A DNA stretch of 61,342 nt. Origin: an uncultured Bradyrhizobium sp. (GTDB lineage Bacteria; Pseudomonadota; Alphaproteobacteria; Rhizobiales; Xanthobacteraceae). The stretch spans positions 1 through 61,342 of the forward strand of contig CAYVVB010000490.1 in the NCBI GenBank assembly GCA_964454955.1, given 5' to 3'. Of the stretch, positions 48,675 through 59,757 are shown one piece after another. The notes beneath the pieces were generated by a model. It saw only the letters and a program-made list of their open reading frames with translations. It was not told the origin of the DNA and searched no databases. The number at the start of each line of letters is the position of its first letter. The stretch's first letter is position 1. Position numbers and translations under genes: made by a program.

Positions 48675-49418
48675 TCAATCGAGCCCGCGTTCGTGGCTGA
48701 GGCGAACCATTTCGTCTATGAAGACCTGCTTCTGCTTGTCGTCAAGGCTCGCATAGAGCGGATCAGCGGCGTCGGCCACGTTACGCTGATCGGCGGCACG
48801 ATCGACCAAAAACTGCGCCTCGTTACGCATCTGCTCGACGATATCATCAGGCGGGTCGCGCTTGGCGCGCGCAATGCGCAGATTGAGGCGGTCGGCGCCG
48901 TTGTGGCCGAGATAGTGCATCGCGCTCGCGAATGGGCCCCAATTCTTCTCCTGCTCGGGAGTAAGGTTGAGTTCCTTCTTGATCCTTTCGACATAGGCGT
49001 CGCTATTGGCGACGATCTGTTCGGCGGTGAGCTGTGACTCGCCGTTCTGCGTCAACACGGTCACGGGCTTGTTCGGCGCTTCGGATTTGCCCGACGCCTT
49101 CGCTGCCTTGGCAGCCTTGGCCGTCCTGGCGCCGCTGCCTTGTTTGTCGCTCGGCGCCGCTGCGCGTTGCCCATTGTTGTTTCCCGTCAGCACACCTGTC
49201 ACGCCCGTCACGACGCCGACCACCCCACCGATGGCGCCGCCCAGGACGCCTCCGACGGGACCTGCGGCCTTGTTGCCTTCGCGCGCGCCCTGCTGCACGC
49301 CCTTGACCAGCCCTTGCGCATCGGCCGGCCGCGACGTGTTGACGAACGCGAGGGCGGCGACCCCAAACGCGATGCACAGTCTTAACCGCGCATACGGCTT
49401 TGAAGTCGGACCAGTCAT
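48675..49418 (-). CDS. Spy/CpxP (LTXXQ)-family periplasmic protein with glycine-zipper segment
   Basis: Signal peptide; GPVGGVLGGAIGGVVG; LNLTPEQ, LYASLDDKQK. Confidence 0.8.
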   Translation of the reverse strand: MTGPTSKPYARLRLCIAFGVAALAFVNTSRPADAQGLVKGVQQGAREGNKAAGPVGGVLGGAIGGVVGVVTGVTGVLTGNNNGQRAAAPSDKQGSGARTAKAAKAAKASGKSEAPNKPVTVLTQNGESQLTAEQIVANSDAYVERIKKELNLTPEQEKNWGPFASAMHYLGHNGADRLNLRIARAKRDPPDDIVEQMRNEAQFLVDRAADQRNVADAADPLYASLDDKQKQVFIDEMVRLSHERGLD

Positions 49419-49943
49419 GGTTCAGTCTCCACGGTTGATGGTTTTGAGGTTTGGCGAATGGCGGGGAGTCACCCTGCCTCCTTTTCTAGCGTTTTCTAGC
49501 GTTGCCGCGCCGAGTGAGTCCATCGCGTGCGCCCGTTCGTCGCAACCGAGAAAAACCTCGGCTGGCGAACCTGTTACCTGCGGATCCGCTCGCGCCGTTG
49601 CAGCAGGGAAAGTGTGATCGCTGCACAATTGCGCGGCGCTCGTGTGGCCGGCGCGCACGATCCGCACCGCGCGCCATTAGGTGCGGCGCAATATGCGATG
49701 TAGGTGTTTCGCTTGGATACGGTCTGGCGGTTCAGCGGATGAAGCGTCCTACGCAACGTTAGTTCTAGGGATCGCTTTACCTGTTTTCTCGACAGACGGC
49801 GTCAATTCTGCTCTGATCATTGACACAGAAATCTCCGCGACACCTGCTCGGGTCGCGCGGCAAAAGCCAAGAAAAGCAACGCAAGAAAAGCAACAAATGA
49901 AGATTTCCAAGTCACATCCGATTGGCTCACCAGGAGGAACGCC

Positions 49944-51284
49944 ATGTCAGGGAGAAGGCTTACCCGCCGTGAATTTGTAGCTAGCACCGCCGTCACATCC
50001 GCCGCCCTCGTCACTGCGCCTTACATTCGCTCGGCGCGCGCGGCAGGCAAAGTTTCGATCGGCTTCTGGGATCACTGGGTTCCCGGCGCCAACAAGGCGT
50101 CCACCGATCTTTGCAACGAATGGGCCGCAAAGGAAAAGGTCGAAGTTCAGATCGACTACATCACGAGCCAGGGCAACAAGAACCTGGTGACGATCGCCGC
50201 AGAAGCGCAGGCGCAATCCGGTCACGATATCTTCCAGATGCCGACTTGGTGGTGTCACTCCAATTCTGACCTGTTGGAGCCTGTGAATGACATCATGGAG
50301 CCCATCATCAAGGAAAATGGCGCGGTCAACGGCACCGTGACATACCTCGGAACTCTTGATGGCAAATGGATGGGTGTGCCCGCCTGCGTCGGCAGCCAGA
50401 TCAAGGGCCCCTGCTCCCGCATCGACCTGATGAAGAAACATGCCGGGATTGATGTTCAGGAAATGTACCCGGCCGGAAGTCCTCCCAAGGCCGACAATTG
50501 GACCCTTGATACATTCCTGAAGGCGGCCGAAGCCTGCCACAAGGCCGGCTATCCCTTCGGCATCGGCCTTGGCGAGACGTCCGACAGCGTCGATACCGCC
50601 GGCGCGATCTTCCAGTCATTCGGTGCCGAACTCGTCAACGCCAAAGGCGACCTTGCCGTCAAGACCGACGCAGTCCGTCAGGCGGTTGAATTCTACAAGA
50701 AGCTGATTGCGTTCCTGCCGCCTGATGTTGCGGCCTGGGACGATGCGTCGAACAACAAGTGGCTGGTCGCCGGCAAGGGCGCGATGATCATGAATCCGCC
50801 GAGCGCCTGGGCGGTCGCAAAGCGGGACGCGCCGGAAGTTGCGGCGCAGTGCTGGACCCACGGCTTCCCGGCGGGACCGAAGGGTCGGTTTGCGCCTCAC
50901 CTGCCTTTCTTCTGGTCGATCTGGAACTTCTCGAAGAACAAAGCGGCAGCCAAAAGCCTGCTTGTTCATCTGTCGAAGCCATCTTCGATCGAGAAGATGG
51001 TCGAGGCGAGCGGCGGCTACGATCTTCCCGCCTACGAGAAACTGACAACCCTGAAGGTATGGGCGGAGGCTGAGCCGCCGAAAGGCACGCTCTACCACTA
51101 TCCCAACCCGTACAAGCATCAGGTGCTGTCCATCGCCGCCTCGCCGGCGCCGCCCAAGGTCGCCCAGCAGATCTACTTCCAAGCCACGATGACCAAGATG
51201 TGCCTGCGACATGCCCAGGGCGAACGCATGGAGGATACGCTCGCCTGGGCGGAAGGCGAGTGCGAGGGCTTCCTGCGTAGCTGA
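49944..51284 (+). CDS. CUT1 ABC substrate-binding protein with Tat signal
   Basis: TRREFV; AGGAGG RBS; operon context. Confidence 0.9.
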   Translation: MSGRRLTRREFVASTAVTSAALVTAPYIRSARAAGKVSIGFWDHWVPGANKASTDLCNEWAAKEKVEVQIDYITSQGNKNLVTIAAEAQAQSGHDIFQMPTWWCHSNSDLLEPVNDIMEPIIKENGAVNGTVTYLGTLDGKWMGVPACVGSQIKGPCSRIDLMKKHAGIDVQEMYPAGSPPKADNWTLDTFLKAAEACHKAGYPFGIGLGETSDSVDTAGAIFQSFGAELVNAKGDLAVKTDAVRQAVEFYKKLIAFLPPDVAAWDDASNNKWLVAGKGAMIMNPPSAWAVAKRDAPEVAAQCWTHGFPAGPKGRFAPHLPFFWSIWNFSKNKAAAKSLLVHLSKPSSIEKMVEASGGYDLPAYEKLTTLKVWAEAEPPKGTLYHYPNPYKHQVLSIAASPAPPKVAQQIYFQATMTKMCLRHAQGERMEDTLAWAEGECEGFLRS

Positions 51285-51298
51285 CAGGTTGCAAGCGG

Positions 51299-51335
51299 CG
51301 CCATAGCGACCTGCCGATTGCGGGTCGCTAGGGCG
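51299..51335 (+). other. Intergenic stem-loop after the binding-protein gene
   Basis: TAGCGACCTGC-CGATT-GCGGGTCGCTA. Confidence 0.5.
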
Positions 51336-51411
51336 AATTCATCGCTGTCTCAGCCGGAGCAGGCCGCCGCCGAGCGGCTTCCCGGCGAACGACCCGCAAG
51401 GAACACGCACA

Positions 51412-52350
51412 ATGGTTGATGTCGTCGTTCAACAAAGCAGCCTCGCCCGCGCACGGACCGGTCAGCGACGCTCGTCACTGCGGAATGCGCTCAAGCGGAA
51501 GTCCACGGTCGCCTTCCTCATGGCGCTGCCGTTAATCCTGCTGATAGCTGTTCTCGTGATATATCCGGCCTTTTATTCCCTGCATTTGGCGACGTTGAAC
51601 AAGTCGATGCAGAAATTTGTCGGATTCGGCAATTTCACGTTTCTCTTCAAGCGCGAGACGTTCTGGCTGGTGGTCAGGCAGTCCTGCATCTTCGCGATCA
51701 CCGCCGTGATCTTCAAGGCGCTGATCGGTTTCATCGTGGCCCATTTCGTCCACAACATCCCGGCCAAGGGTCAGCGCAAGTGGCGCGGCATGCTGCTGGT
51801 GCCGTGGGTGATCCCGCCCGCGATGAGCACGCTGGCCTGGCTCTGGCTGTTCGATCCCTCCTACAGCGCCTTCAACTACACGCTATCGGCATTCGGCATC
51901 GAGCCGGTTCCCTGGCTCGGCGATGCGAACTGGGCGCGCTTCTCGGTCATCCTTGTCAACGTGTGGTACGGCGCGCCCTTCTTCATGATCATGTATCTGG
52001 CGGCGCTGAAATCGGTGCCCGATCAACTCTACGAGGCCGCCGCGATCGACGGCGCCAATTGGTGGCAACGGATCTGGTACGTGACGCTCCCGATGATGCG
52101 CAACATCATCGCGATCACCACGCTTTTCTCGCTGATCGTAACCTTCGCGAATTTCGACATCGTCAGAATCCTGACCAACGGCGGTCCGCTGGATCACACC
52201 CATCTGTTCGCGACCTGGGCGTTCAAGATAGGCATCGAGGGCAGCGACATTCCGCTCGGCGCCAGTGTCTCGCTGTTCATGTTCCCGATCCTGGCCATTG
52301 CGGCGATCTTCATCCTGCGCGACATCTCCAAACGTGGGAACGAAGCCTGA
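51412..52350 (+). CDS. Carbohydrate ABC permease
   Basis: EAAAIDGA motif. Confidence 0.93.
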   Translation: MVDVVVQQSSLARARTGQRRSSLRNALKRKSTVAFLMALPLILLIAVLVIYPAFYSLHLATLNKSMQKFVGFGNFTFLFKRETFWLVVRQSCIFAITAVIFKALIGFIVAHFVHNIPAKGQRKWRGMLLVPWVIPPAMSTLAWLWLFDPSYSAFNYTLSAFGIEPVPWLGDANWARFSVILVNVWYGAPFFMIMYLAALKSVPDQLYEAAAIDGANWWQRIWYVTLPMMRNIIAITTLFSLIVTFANFDIVRILTNGGPLDHTHLFATWAFKIGIEGSDIPLGASVSLFMFPILAIAAIFILRDISKRGNEA

Positions 52351-53261
52351 TGAGCACCCTTGCAATCGACAAGTCCGGGCCCCGGCGTAAGGTCAAGTAC
52401 GGCAGCATAAGCCGCAACCGCACCTGGGCGCTGCGCTGGTCCTATTTCTTCCTCGTCCTGTTTGCGATCTTCTCGCTCACGCCGCCATTTTACATGCTCA
52501 TCACCTCGCTGAAGGGAAGCGCCGAAATCTCGGCGGCGACTAATCCCTGGTGGGTGTTTCATCCGACGCTGTCGAACTACATCGAGCTGTTGTCCTCGAA
52601 CCAGTATCTGCGCTTCTTCTGGAATTCGGCTCTGGTGTCGGTCGTCGTGGTGACGATCACCATGCTCATTTCCGTGCCGGCCGCGTTTGCGCTGGCGCGG
52701 ATGAAGTTCTGGGGCTCGGCGACGCTGGCAACCGGGGTGTTCCTGACGTACCTGATTCCGGACTCGCTGCTGTTTCTTCCCCTGTTCAAGATGTTTTCGG
52801 TCTTCAGCGGCTGGACGGGGATCCAGCTCGTCAACCGCTGGTACGTGCTGCTTCTGGTCTATCCGACACTGACCGTGCCGTTCTGCACCTGGATCATGAT
52901 CGGCTACTTCGCCTCGATCCCGAAGGAGCTGGATGAAGCCGCCATCATCGACGGCGCCAGCTGGCTGCAGACGCTGACGCGCATCTTCATTCCGGTAGCG
53001 CTGCCAGGATTGATCGCCGCCACCATTTTCGCGTTCACCGTGTCCTGGGCGCAATTCCTCTATCCGCTGGTCTTCACCACCTCCACCGATCAGCTGGTGC
53101 TGCCCGTCGGCATCATCACCACCCTGATCAAGGGTGACGTGTACAACTGGGGTCAGATCATGACCGGCGCATTGCTCGGCGCCGCGCCGCCGCTGATCAT
53201 CTACGCTTTCCTGATGGACTATTACATTGCCGGCCTGACCGCCGGCGCGACAAAGGGTTGA
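52350..53261 (+). CDS. Carbohydrate ABC permease
   Basis: EAAIIDGA motif; TGATG overlap sets the start. Confidence 0.93.
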   Translation: MSTLAIDKSGPRRKVKYGSISRNRTWALRWSYFFLVLFAIFSLTPPFYMLITSLKGSAEISAATNPWWVFHPTLSNYIELLSSNQYLRFFWNSALVSVVVVTITMLISVPAAFALARMKFWGSATLATGVFLTYLIPDSLLFLPLFKMFSVFSGWTGIQLVNRWYVLLLVYPTLTVPFCTWIMIGYFASIPKELDEAAIIDGASWLQTLTRIFIPVALPGLIAATIFAFTVSWAQFLYPLVFTTSTDQLVLPVGIITTLIKGDVYNWGQIMTGALLGAAPPLIIYAFLMDYYIAGLTAGATKG

Positions 53262-53265
53262 AGCA

Positions 53266-54375
53266 ATGGCCGAAGTCAGCCTGCGTAAGGTTATCAAGAG
53301 GTACGACGACGTCGAAGCGGTGCGCGGTATCGACCTGGAAATCGCCGATCATGAGTTTGTCGTGCTGGTCGGGCCGTCGGGCTGCGGCAAGTCCACTACG
53401 CTGCGGATGATCGCCGGACTCGAGGACATCAGCGGCGGCGACATCATGATCGGAGGCGACCTGGTCAACGACGTGCCGCCGAAGGATCGTGACATCGCGA
53501 TGGTCTTCCAGAATTACGCGCTTTACCCGCACATGACGGTGGCCGAGAACATGTCCTTCGGACTGCGGCTGAAACATTATCCGAAGGCCGAGATCAAGTC
53601 CCGTGTCACCGAAGCCGCCCGCATGCTCGACATCTCCGACCTGATCGACCGCAAGCCGAAGCAGTTGTCTGGCGGCCAGCGCCAGCGGGTTGCGATGGGG
53701 CGCGCCATCGTGCGCAATCCGAAAGTCTTCTTGTTCGACGAGCCGCTCTCCAACCTCGATGCCAAGCTCAGGGTGCAGATGCGGATCGAGATCAAGAAAG
53801 TGCACCAGAAGGTACGCACCACGACCGTTTATGTCACTCACGACCAGATCGAGGCGATGACGCTCGCGGACCGCGTAGTGGTGATGAACCAGGGCCGGAT
53901 CGAGCAGATCGGCGCGCCGAACGACCTCTATCACAACCCGGCCACGCGCTTCGTCGCGGGCTTCATCGGCTCGCCCGCAATGAATTTCGTGCCCTGTCGG
54001 CTCGAAGAGGCCGGCGGCAAGCTCAATATCCGCCTGACCGACAGGATCGCCTTCCCGGTGCCGGCAGCACGAGCCTCGCGTTATCAGAATATCCCGCGGA
54101 GCGAACGGCTCTTGATGGGCATCCGGCCCGAGCACATCACCGAAGCACGGCCGCATTCCGAGCCGGGCATCGAGACGTTCGAGGCCGTGCCGGACGTGAC
54201 CGAACCGATGGGTATCGAGACGCTGGTCTATTTCACGCTTGAGGGCGTCCAGATTTGCGGGCGGGTCAATCCCAATGCCGGCGCCCGCGAAGGCGCCCCC
54301 ATTCGATTGGCTGTGGACCTCAATAACATGCACCTGCTAAACGAGGCGAGTGGAGTCGTCCTTGGGCGACCCTAG
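53266..54375 (+). CDS. MalK/UgpC-type ABC ATPase
   Basis: [25 protein letters not shown]. Confidence 0.95.
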   Translation: MAEVSLRKVIKRYDDVEAVRGIDLEIADHEFVVLVGPSGCGKSTTLRMIAGLEDISGGDIMIGGDLVNDVPPKDRDIAMVFQNYALYPHMTVAENMSFGLRLKHYPKAEIKSRVTEAARMLDISDLIDRKPKQLSGGQRQRVAMGRAIVRNPKVFLFDEPLSNLDAKLRVQMRIEIKKVHQKVRTTTVYVTHDQIEAMTLADRVVVMNQGRIEQIGAPNDLYHNPATRFVAGFIGSPAMNFVPCRLEEAGGKLNIRLTDRIAFPVPAARASRYQNIPRSERLLMGIRPEHITEARPHSEPGIETFEAVPDVTEPMGIETLVYFTLEGVQICGRVNPNAGAREGAPIRLAVDLNNMHLLNEASGVVLGRP

Positions 54376-54394
54376 AGAGGCCTAAGGGCAGGAA

Positions 54395-55384
54395 ATGACA
54401 ACGAACAAGAAGAAGATCCTCGTCACCGAATCCATGTCGGAGACGGGACGAGCACTCCTCAATGCGCGCGACGATATCGAGCTCGTCGAATTCCCCAACA
54501 TGATTTCGGCCTCGGATTTCGAGGCCATGCTGAAGGCGCAGGCGCCGGTGCACGGGGTCGCGCTCGGCGCGACCAGATTTGGCGCACCGGAGCTGGAAGC
54601 ATCGGGCGATATGAAAGTGGTGACCCGGATCGGCGTCGGCTACGACGCCGTCGACGTTCCGGCGCTCAGCCGCCACAAGGTCCCGCTGATGGTTGCGGGC
54701 ACCGCCAATTCGCCGTCGGTCGCCGAATGCGCACTGTTCATGATGCTGACGCTGGCCAAGCGTGCGGCCGAGATGGACACCATGGTCAAGGACGGCAGTT
54801 GGAGCCAGCGTCTGGGCAAGCTGCCCTATGACCTCTTCGGCAAGACCGTGCTGATCGTCGGCTTCGGGCGCATCGGCACGCGCACCGCCAAGCGCTGCCA
54901 GGCCATGGAAATGCAGGTTCTGGTCTTTGATCCCTACAAACCTGCGGCGGAGATCAAGGCCGCCGGCTGCGAGCCCGTTCCCGAACTCGAGACGACGCTG
55001 CCGCGCGCGGATTTTGTCACCATCCATTGTCCGAAGACACCGGAAACGGTCGGCTTGTTCGACGCGGCGCGGCTCAAGCTGATGAAGCCCTCGGCCTATC
55101 TGATCAACACGGCGCGCGGCGGCATTGTGGACGAGGCGGCGCTCTATGAGGCGCTGGCGTCCGGCAAGCTCGCAGGCGCCGGTCTCGACGTCTTCGAACA
55201 GGAGCCGCCGCCGCTGGACAATCCGCTATTCCGCCTGCCCAATGTCATCACGGCGCCGCATGTCGCCGGTGTCACGCGTGAGGCGGTGGATCGCATGAGC
55301 GAACAAACCGCGCGCAATATCCTGAGTGCTATCGACGGCGATCCGATCCGACAAAACGTGATCAATCAGGACGTGCTTGGGTGA
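54395..55384 (+). CDS. D-2-hydroxyacid dehydrogenase
   Basis: GFGRIG, INTARG, DVFEQEP, PHVAG. Confidence 0.92.
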   Translation: MTTNKKKILVTESMSETGRALLNARDDIELVEFPNMISASDFEAMLKAQAPVHGVALGATRFGAPELEASGDMKVVTRIGVGYDAVDVPALSRHKVPLMVAGTANSPSVAECALFMMLTLAKRAAEMDTMVKDGSWSQRLGKLPYDLFGKTVLIVGFGRIGTRTAKRCQAMEMQVLVFDPYKPAAEIKAAGCEPVPELETTLPRADFVTIHCPKTPETVGLFDAARLKLMKPSAYLINTARGGIVDEAALYEALASGKLAGAGLDVFEQEPPPLDNPLFRLPNVITAPHVAGVTREAVDRMSEQTARNILSAIDGDPIRQNVINQDVLG

Positions 55385-55676
55385 GGTTGCGCGAATGAGG
55401 CCTGCTCCCAGCGAGACCAGCATTCGCATATTTGTTGTTTTTGAACCAGCGGCTTAGCAAGCGGGCTTCAAGGAAGATCGCAACCGCTGCGCAATCGGCT
55501 TTGCCCGGCGGCGAGTGCAGCAGAGAGCCAGGCGTGAGCACACCGCCTGCAAAGGACACTGCCGCCGATTTGCGCCTAAATAGCCAAAACTCAGCCTTAT
55601 TCGCGGTCAAGCCTGAGAGGGCTGGTCGGCCACGGGATGTCTTGGGCCGGCCGCTGTGCTTTCGGAGGACTAAATC

Positions 55677-56084
55677 TTGACCAAAAGCGATCCGACGAAT
55701 GAGGCGCTCGGGACCATTGCGAGCATCCTCGACGGCTCCAAGTCGCCCAAGTCCCCACGAGCAACGGAGGAGCCGGCAACAGCGTCACCGCCGATCGCCC
55801 CGGTTGAAGCTGATGGCTATACCAAGATCGGCCCCGGTCCGATGGAGGCGATCCGTTTCAGATGGAAGGTCCGGCGCGGCGAAAACAACGAGTATTTTGT
55901 CGAGGAAGCGATCGGCGAGATTTCACCCCCCGTGGTAATCGGTCCTATGACGGCGGACGTGGCGGTCAAGCTGGTCGATGAGCGCGAGAGCGATGCGCGG
56001 AAGCGCTTTGAACAGATCAGAAGCGAGATGATCGGACGCGGCATCGCCGCCCTTGACGCCGCAAGCAAAGACCGCGACGCATAG
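55677..56084 (+). CDS. Hypothetical protein
   Basis: GGAGG then TTG; typical codon usage. Confidence 0.7.
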   Translation: MTKSDPTNEALGTIASILDGSKSPKSPRATEEPATASPPIAPVEADGYTKIGPGPMEAIRFRWKVRRGENNEYFVEEAIGEISPPVVIGPMTADVAVKLVDERESDARKRFEQIRSEMIGRGIAALDAASKDRDA

Positions 56085-56187
56085 CGTTTCCCAGAGCCCT
56101 CACATCCGCATCCAGTGCACTTGCGAATGCCGGCGGTCGCTCTATACGGAGCACGAGCCCGGCGGTCATGATGCGAGTGGGAGCCCG

Positions 56188-56964
56188 ATGAAGAGAATTT
56201 TGTGCTGCGTTGCCGCGGCGCTCGTCCTTGCAATGAGTCCCGCGCAGGCCCAGCAGAGCTCCCGCCTGGACGAAATCATCAAGCGTGGCGCGCTCCGGGT
56301 CGGCATGACCGGCGACTATTTGCCTTTCAGCGCCTTCGACAGCGCAACCGGAAAATTCCGCGGCTTCGACGTCGACATGGCGGAAGCCCTGGGCAAGGCC
56401 ATGGGCGTCAAGGTCGAGTATGTCAAAACCGCCTGGCCGCAACTAACGAAGGATTTTGAGGCGGACGATTTCGATGTTGCCATGGGCGGCGTTTCGGTCA
56501 CGCTGGACCGGCAGAAGAAGGGGTTTTTCTCAACGCCCATCATGCGCGAGGGCAAGACGCCGATCGCGCGCTGTGCAGACAGCGGCAAATTCGAAACGCT
56601 CGCCGAAATCGACCGTCCAGGTATCCGCGTCATCGTCAATCCCGGCGGCACCAACGAGCGGTTTGCACGCGCCCATATCAAGAACGCCGAAATCAGAGTC
56701 TATGGCGACAATGTCGGGATCTTCGACGAAATCGCCAAGGGCAACGCCGATCTGATGATGACGGATGCCTCCGAGACGCGCTACCAGCAAAAGCTGCACC
56801 CCGGTGTCCTGTGCGCCGTGCATCCCGAGCGGCCGTTCGATTTTGCCGAGAAAGCCTATTGGCTGCAACGCGATGAGGCCTTGAAAGCCTTTGTCGACCA
56901 GTGGCTGCACATCGCGATCGAGGACGGCAGTTTCAGGAGGATTTACGCCGCCTGGTTCGAATAA
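56188..56964 (+). CDS. Cyclohexadienyl dehydratase (PheC)-like / family 3 binding protein
   Basis: Signal peptide; GMTGDYLPFS, NPGGTNE, MMTDASE. Confidence 0.8.
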   Translation: MKRILCCVAAALVLAMSPAQAQQSSRLDEIIKRGALRVGMTGDYLPFSAFDSATGKFRGFDVDMAEALGKAMGVKVEYVKTAWPQLTKDFEADDFDVAMGGVSVTLDRQKKGFFSTPIMREGKTPIARCADSGKFETLAEIDRPGIRVIVNPGGTNERFARAHIKNAEIRVYGDNVGIFDEIAKGNADLMMTDASETRYQQKLHPGVLCAVHPERPFDFAEKAYWLQRDEALKAFVDQWLHIAIEDGSFRRIYAAWFE

Positions 56965-57149
56965 GAAGTGTCCAAATCATCATGAAATTGACCGGCTCCG
57001 CGGCCAATCTGGTCTAGACTGGCAGCGCGGAAGGCGTCGAACCGAAAGCCGCTAACCCACGACCAGCGTTGTGAACGTGACGTAGATCACGTTTCGGAAG
57101 GCAGGCCATTCGTTGGCTTCTTCCGGGACGAGCTGCTCAGGAGGTCACA

Positions 57150-57944
57150 ATGAAGAGGCTGTTGGCTCTTGCCGCATTCCTGCTGGCGAGCAGCGCTGCG
57201 CAGGCCCAATACACCTTCCAATTCGGCGACCGCACCATCCGCATCGATCCGCATCGCGGCACCATCTCGATCCCCGGGGTCTACGACAATACCGGACGAA
57301 AATCGAAGCGCGCGCACGACGGCGATCAGGGCGCCATCCGCAAGCAGAAGCAGGCGCCTCAGCAAGCCAATGTCGGGCCGCAGGCGCCATCGTCATCGCC
57401 GCCCGCCGATACCACGCCCGCGTTGATCCCGCAGGCCGTTGTCCCAGCGGAGCCGACTGCAACGACGCCAGCTCCGGCAGCTGCAACCACAGGCAATCCG
57501 CCGGCGGATACCGCGGCGCTGTCGCCTTCCCTGCCCGCTTCGCCTGGGCCGGCCGCGGAGCCGAACGTTGCGCCAAAGCCTGCTGTCGCGATCGCTTCGC
57601 CGCCGGCAGCGACAGCACCAGCCCCGGCCGCGGTGCGTGATCCCAACACGCCAATCGGCGTATGGCTGACGGAGGAGAAGGAAAGCAGGATCCGCATCGA
57701 ACAATGCGGCGCCAATCTGTGCGGCTATTCGCTGGACGTGAAATCCGACCAGAAGGGGGAGCGGGTGCTGATCGATATGAAACCCGGCAAGGATCTGAAA
57801 TGGAGCGGCCAGATTTTTGACCCCAACACCGGGAGCAGCTACGACTCGACGATCGCGCTGAGAGGCCCGGATAAGCTTCGCGTGCAAGGCTGCGCCTTCG
57901 GCGGCATGTTCTGCGGCGGCCAGGCCTGGACCCGGGCGGATTAG
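57150..57944 (+). CDS. Secreted DUF2147 protein with Pro/Ala linker
   Basis: Signal peptide; GVWLTE...CG..LCG...WSG.IFDP.TG..Y...GC...CG...W.R. Confidence 0.85.
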   Translation: MKRLLALAAFLLASSAAQAQYTFQFGDRTIRIDPHRGTISIPGVYDNTGRKSKRAHDGDQGAIRKQKQAPQQANVGPQAPSSSPPADTTPALIPQAVVPAEPTATTPAPAAATTGNPPADTAALSPSLPASPGPAAEPNVAPKPAVAIASPPAATAPAPAAVRDPNTPIGVWLTEEKESRIRIEQCGANLCGYSLDVKSDQKGERVLIDMKPGKDLKWSGQIFDPNTGSSYDSTIALRGPDKLRVQGCAFGGMFCGGQAWTRAD

Positions 57945-57970
57945 GACGCTAAGCAGGTCCCTGCCAGGTC

Positions 57971-59242
57971 ATGACGGAAGTTTCAGCTCGCCACGTTGCC
58001 ATCATCGGAGCCGGGGCCGTCGGGGTGATCAGCGCCATCGAGGCACTGCGCGACGGTCACCGCGTGACCCTGATCGATCCCGGTGAGCCGGGCGGCACCC
58101 AGGCGGCGAGCTACGGCAATGCCGGCTGGCTGTCGTCGCATTCGGTTATCCCACCTGCCGAGCCCGGCACCTGGAGGAAGATCCCGAAATATCTCCTGGA
58201 TCCGTTGGGTCCGCTGGCGATCCGCTGGGCTTATTTGCCGAGGGCCCTGCCCTGGCTGATCCGTTATCTCTGGTCCGGCTGGACCGAGGCGAAGGTTGAG
58301 GCAACGGCGCGCGCGCTGCGCCCGCTGCTCAAGGACGCCCCGTCCCTGCACAGGAAGCTCGCGGAGGAAGCGGGCGTTGCCGATCTGATCGAGCGCAATG
58401 GCGTGATGCACATTTTTCCGTCGCGCACGCCGTTCGATGCCGATCTCGGTTGGCGTATCCGCAAGCGGGTCGGTATCGGCTGGATCGAGCTTTCGGCCGA
58501 CGAAATGCGCCAGCGCGAACCGGATCTCCATCCTCGCTACACGTTCGGCGTGCTCGTGGAAGAAGCCGGGCGTTGCCGCAATCCCGGCAAGTACGTCGCG
58601 GCGCTCGCCGAGCTCGCGACGACGCGCGGCGCGCAACGGATCGCCGCCAAGGCGACGGGGCTCAAGATTCAAAACGGCAAACTCGTCAGCGTCACCACCG
58701 ATCGCGGCGATATCGTCTGCGACGCCGCCGTGGTGGCGGCCGGCGCGCGGTCAAAGACGATAGCGTCTTCTGTCGGAGATCACCTGCCACTGGAAACCGA
58801 GCGCGGCTATCACGTCGTGATCGAGGATCCTGGCACAGGCCCGCGCACTTCCTTTATGGCTTCGGACGCCAAAATGGTGGTCAACTGGACCGATCAGGGG
58901 CTGCGCGCCGCTGGTACGGTCGAGATTGCCGGCCTGGATGCCCCGCCGAACTGGAAGCGAGCCGACATTCTCCGCGAGCATCTGCTCAGCATGTTTCCGA
59001 AGCTGTCCAAGACGGTCCCGGCATCTCGCGTCAAGACCTGGTTCGGGCACCGGCCAAGCATGCCCGATGGTCGTCCCTGCATTGGTTATTCGCGCGTCTC
59101 GCAGGATGTTATCTACGCCTTCGGCCATGGCCATGTCGGCCTCGTCGGCTCGGCGCGGACCGGCCGCCTGGTCGCACAACTCCTGGGCGGCCGAGAACCT
59201 GAAATCCCCCTTGAGCCTTTCGCGCCCGACCGCTTCCTTTAG
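57971..59242 (+). CDS. DadA-like FAD-dependent D-amino acid dehydrogenase
   Basis: IIGAGAVG, ASYGNAG, GHRPSMPDG, GHGHVG. Confidence 0.9.
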   Translation: MTEVSARHVAIIGAGAVGVISAIEALRDGHRVTLIDPGEPGGTQAASYGNAGWLSSHSVIPPAEPGTWRKIPKYLLDPLGPLAIRWAYLPRALPWLIRYLWSGWTEAKVEATARALRPLLKDAPSLHRKLAEEAGVADLIERNGVMHIFPSRTPFDADLGWRIRKRVGIGWIELSADEMRQREPDLHPRYTFGVLVEEAGRCRNPGKYVAALAELATTRGAQRIAAKATGLKIQNGKLVSVTTDRGDIVCDAAVVAAGARSKTIASSVGDHLPLETERGYHVVIEDPGTGPRTSFMASDAKMVVNWTDQGLRAAGTVEIAGLDAPPNWKRADILREHLLSMFPKLSKTVPASRVKTWFGHRPSMPDGRPCIGYSRVSQDVIYAFGHGHVGLVGSARTGRLVAQLLGGREPEIPLEPFAPDRFL

Positions 59243-59317
59243 GAAGGTTTCCGATCGGGGGGTTCATGCCCAGTGGCGCCAGCGTTACGCCTTCTTCGCT
59301 ATGATTGAGGACCTCAG

Positions 59318-59722
59318 CTAACCTGGCGCACCGGAATATTCGGCATCGGTGACATGCTCCATCCAGGTCACATGGTTGCCGTCGAGCGACTCGTGCATGG
59401 CGACATGGACCATGCCGGTGGTCGGCGCGGCGCCGTGCCAGTGCTTCTCGCCCGGTGGAATCCAGACGACGTCGCCGGCCTTGATCTCGCGGATCGGACC
59501 GCCTTTGGCCTGCACGCGTCCGACGCCCTGGATCACGTAGAGCGTTTGTCCCAAAGGATGGGTGTGCCACGCCGTCCGGGCGCCGGGTTCGAAGGCGACG
59601 CGTGCCGACGCGACCCGTGCCGGGGCCTGCGGCGTGATGATCGGGTCCTGCCAGACCGTACCGGTAAAGCTGTCGGCCGGAGCGCGGCGCGTTGAGCGTG
59701 AGCCGGCGAGATGAATCTCCAT
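59318..59722 (-). CDS. Cupin-domain protein
   Basis: WHTHPLGQ, GEKHWHGA. Confidence 0.92.
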   Translation of the reverse strand: MEIHLAGSRSTRRAPADSFTGTVWQDPIITPQAPARVASARVAFEPGARTAWHTHPLGQTLYVIQGVGRVQAKGGPIREIKAGDVVWIPPGEKHWHGAAPTTGMVHVAMHESLDGNHVTWMEHVTDAEYSGAPG

Positions 59723-59757
59723 GCTGTCCTCCCTGACTTGATGAGCCTATGGGCCGC

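Noticed and set aside
49420-49940. Long intergenic region as possible sRNA or riboswitch
   Set aside because: No recognisable aptamer or terminator; divergent promoters explain it.
51780-52349. Extended start of the second sugar permease
   Set aside because: Overlaps the first permease; TGATG coupling gives 52350.
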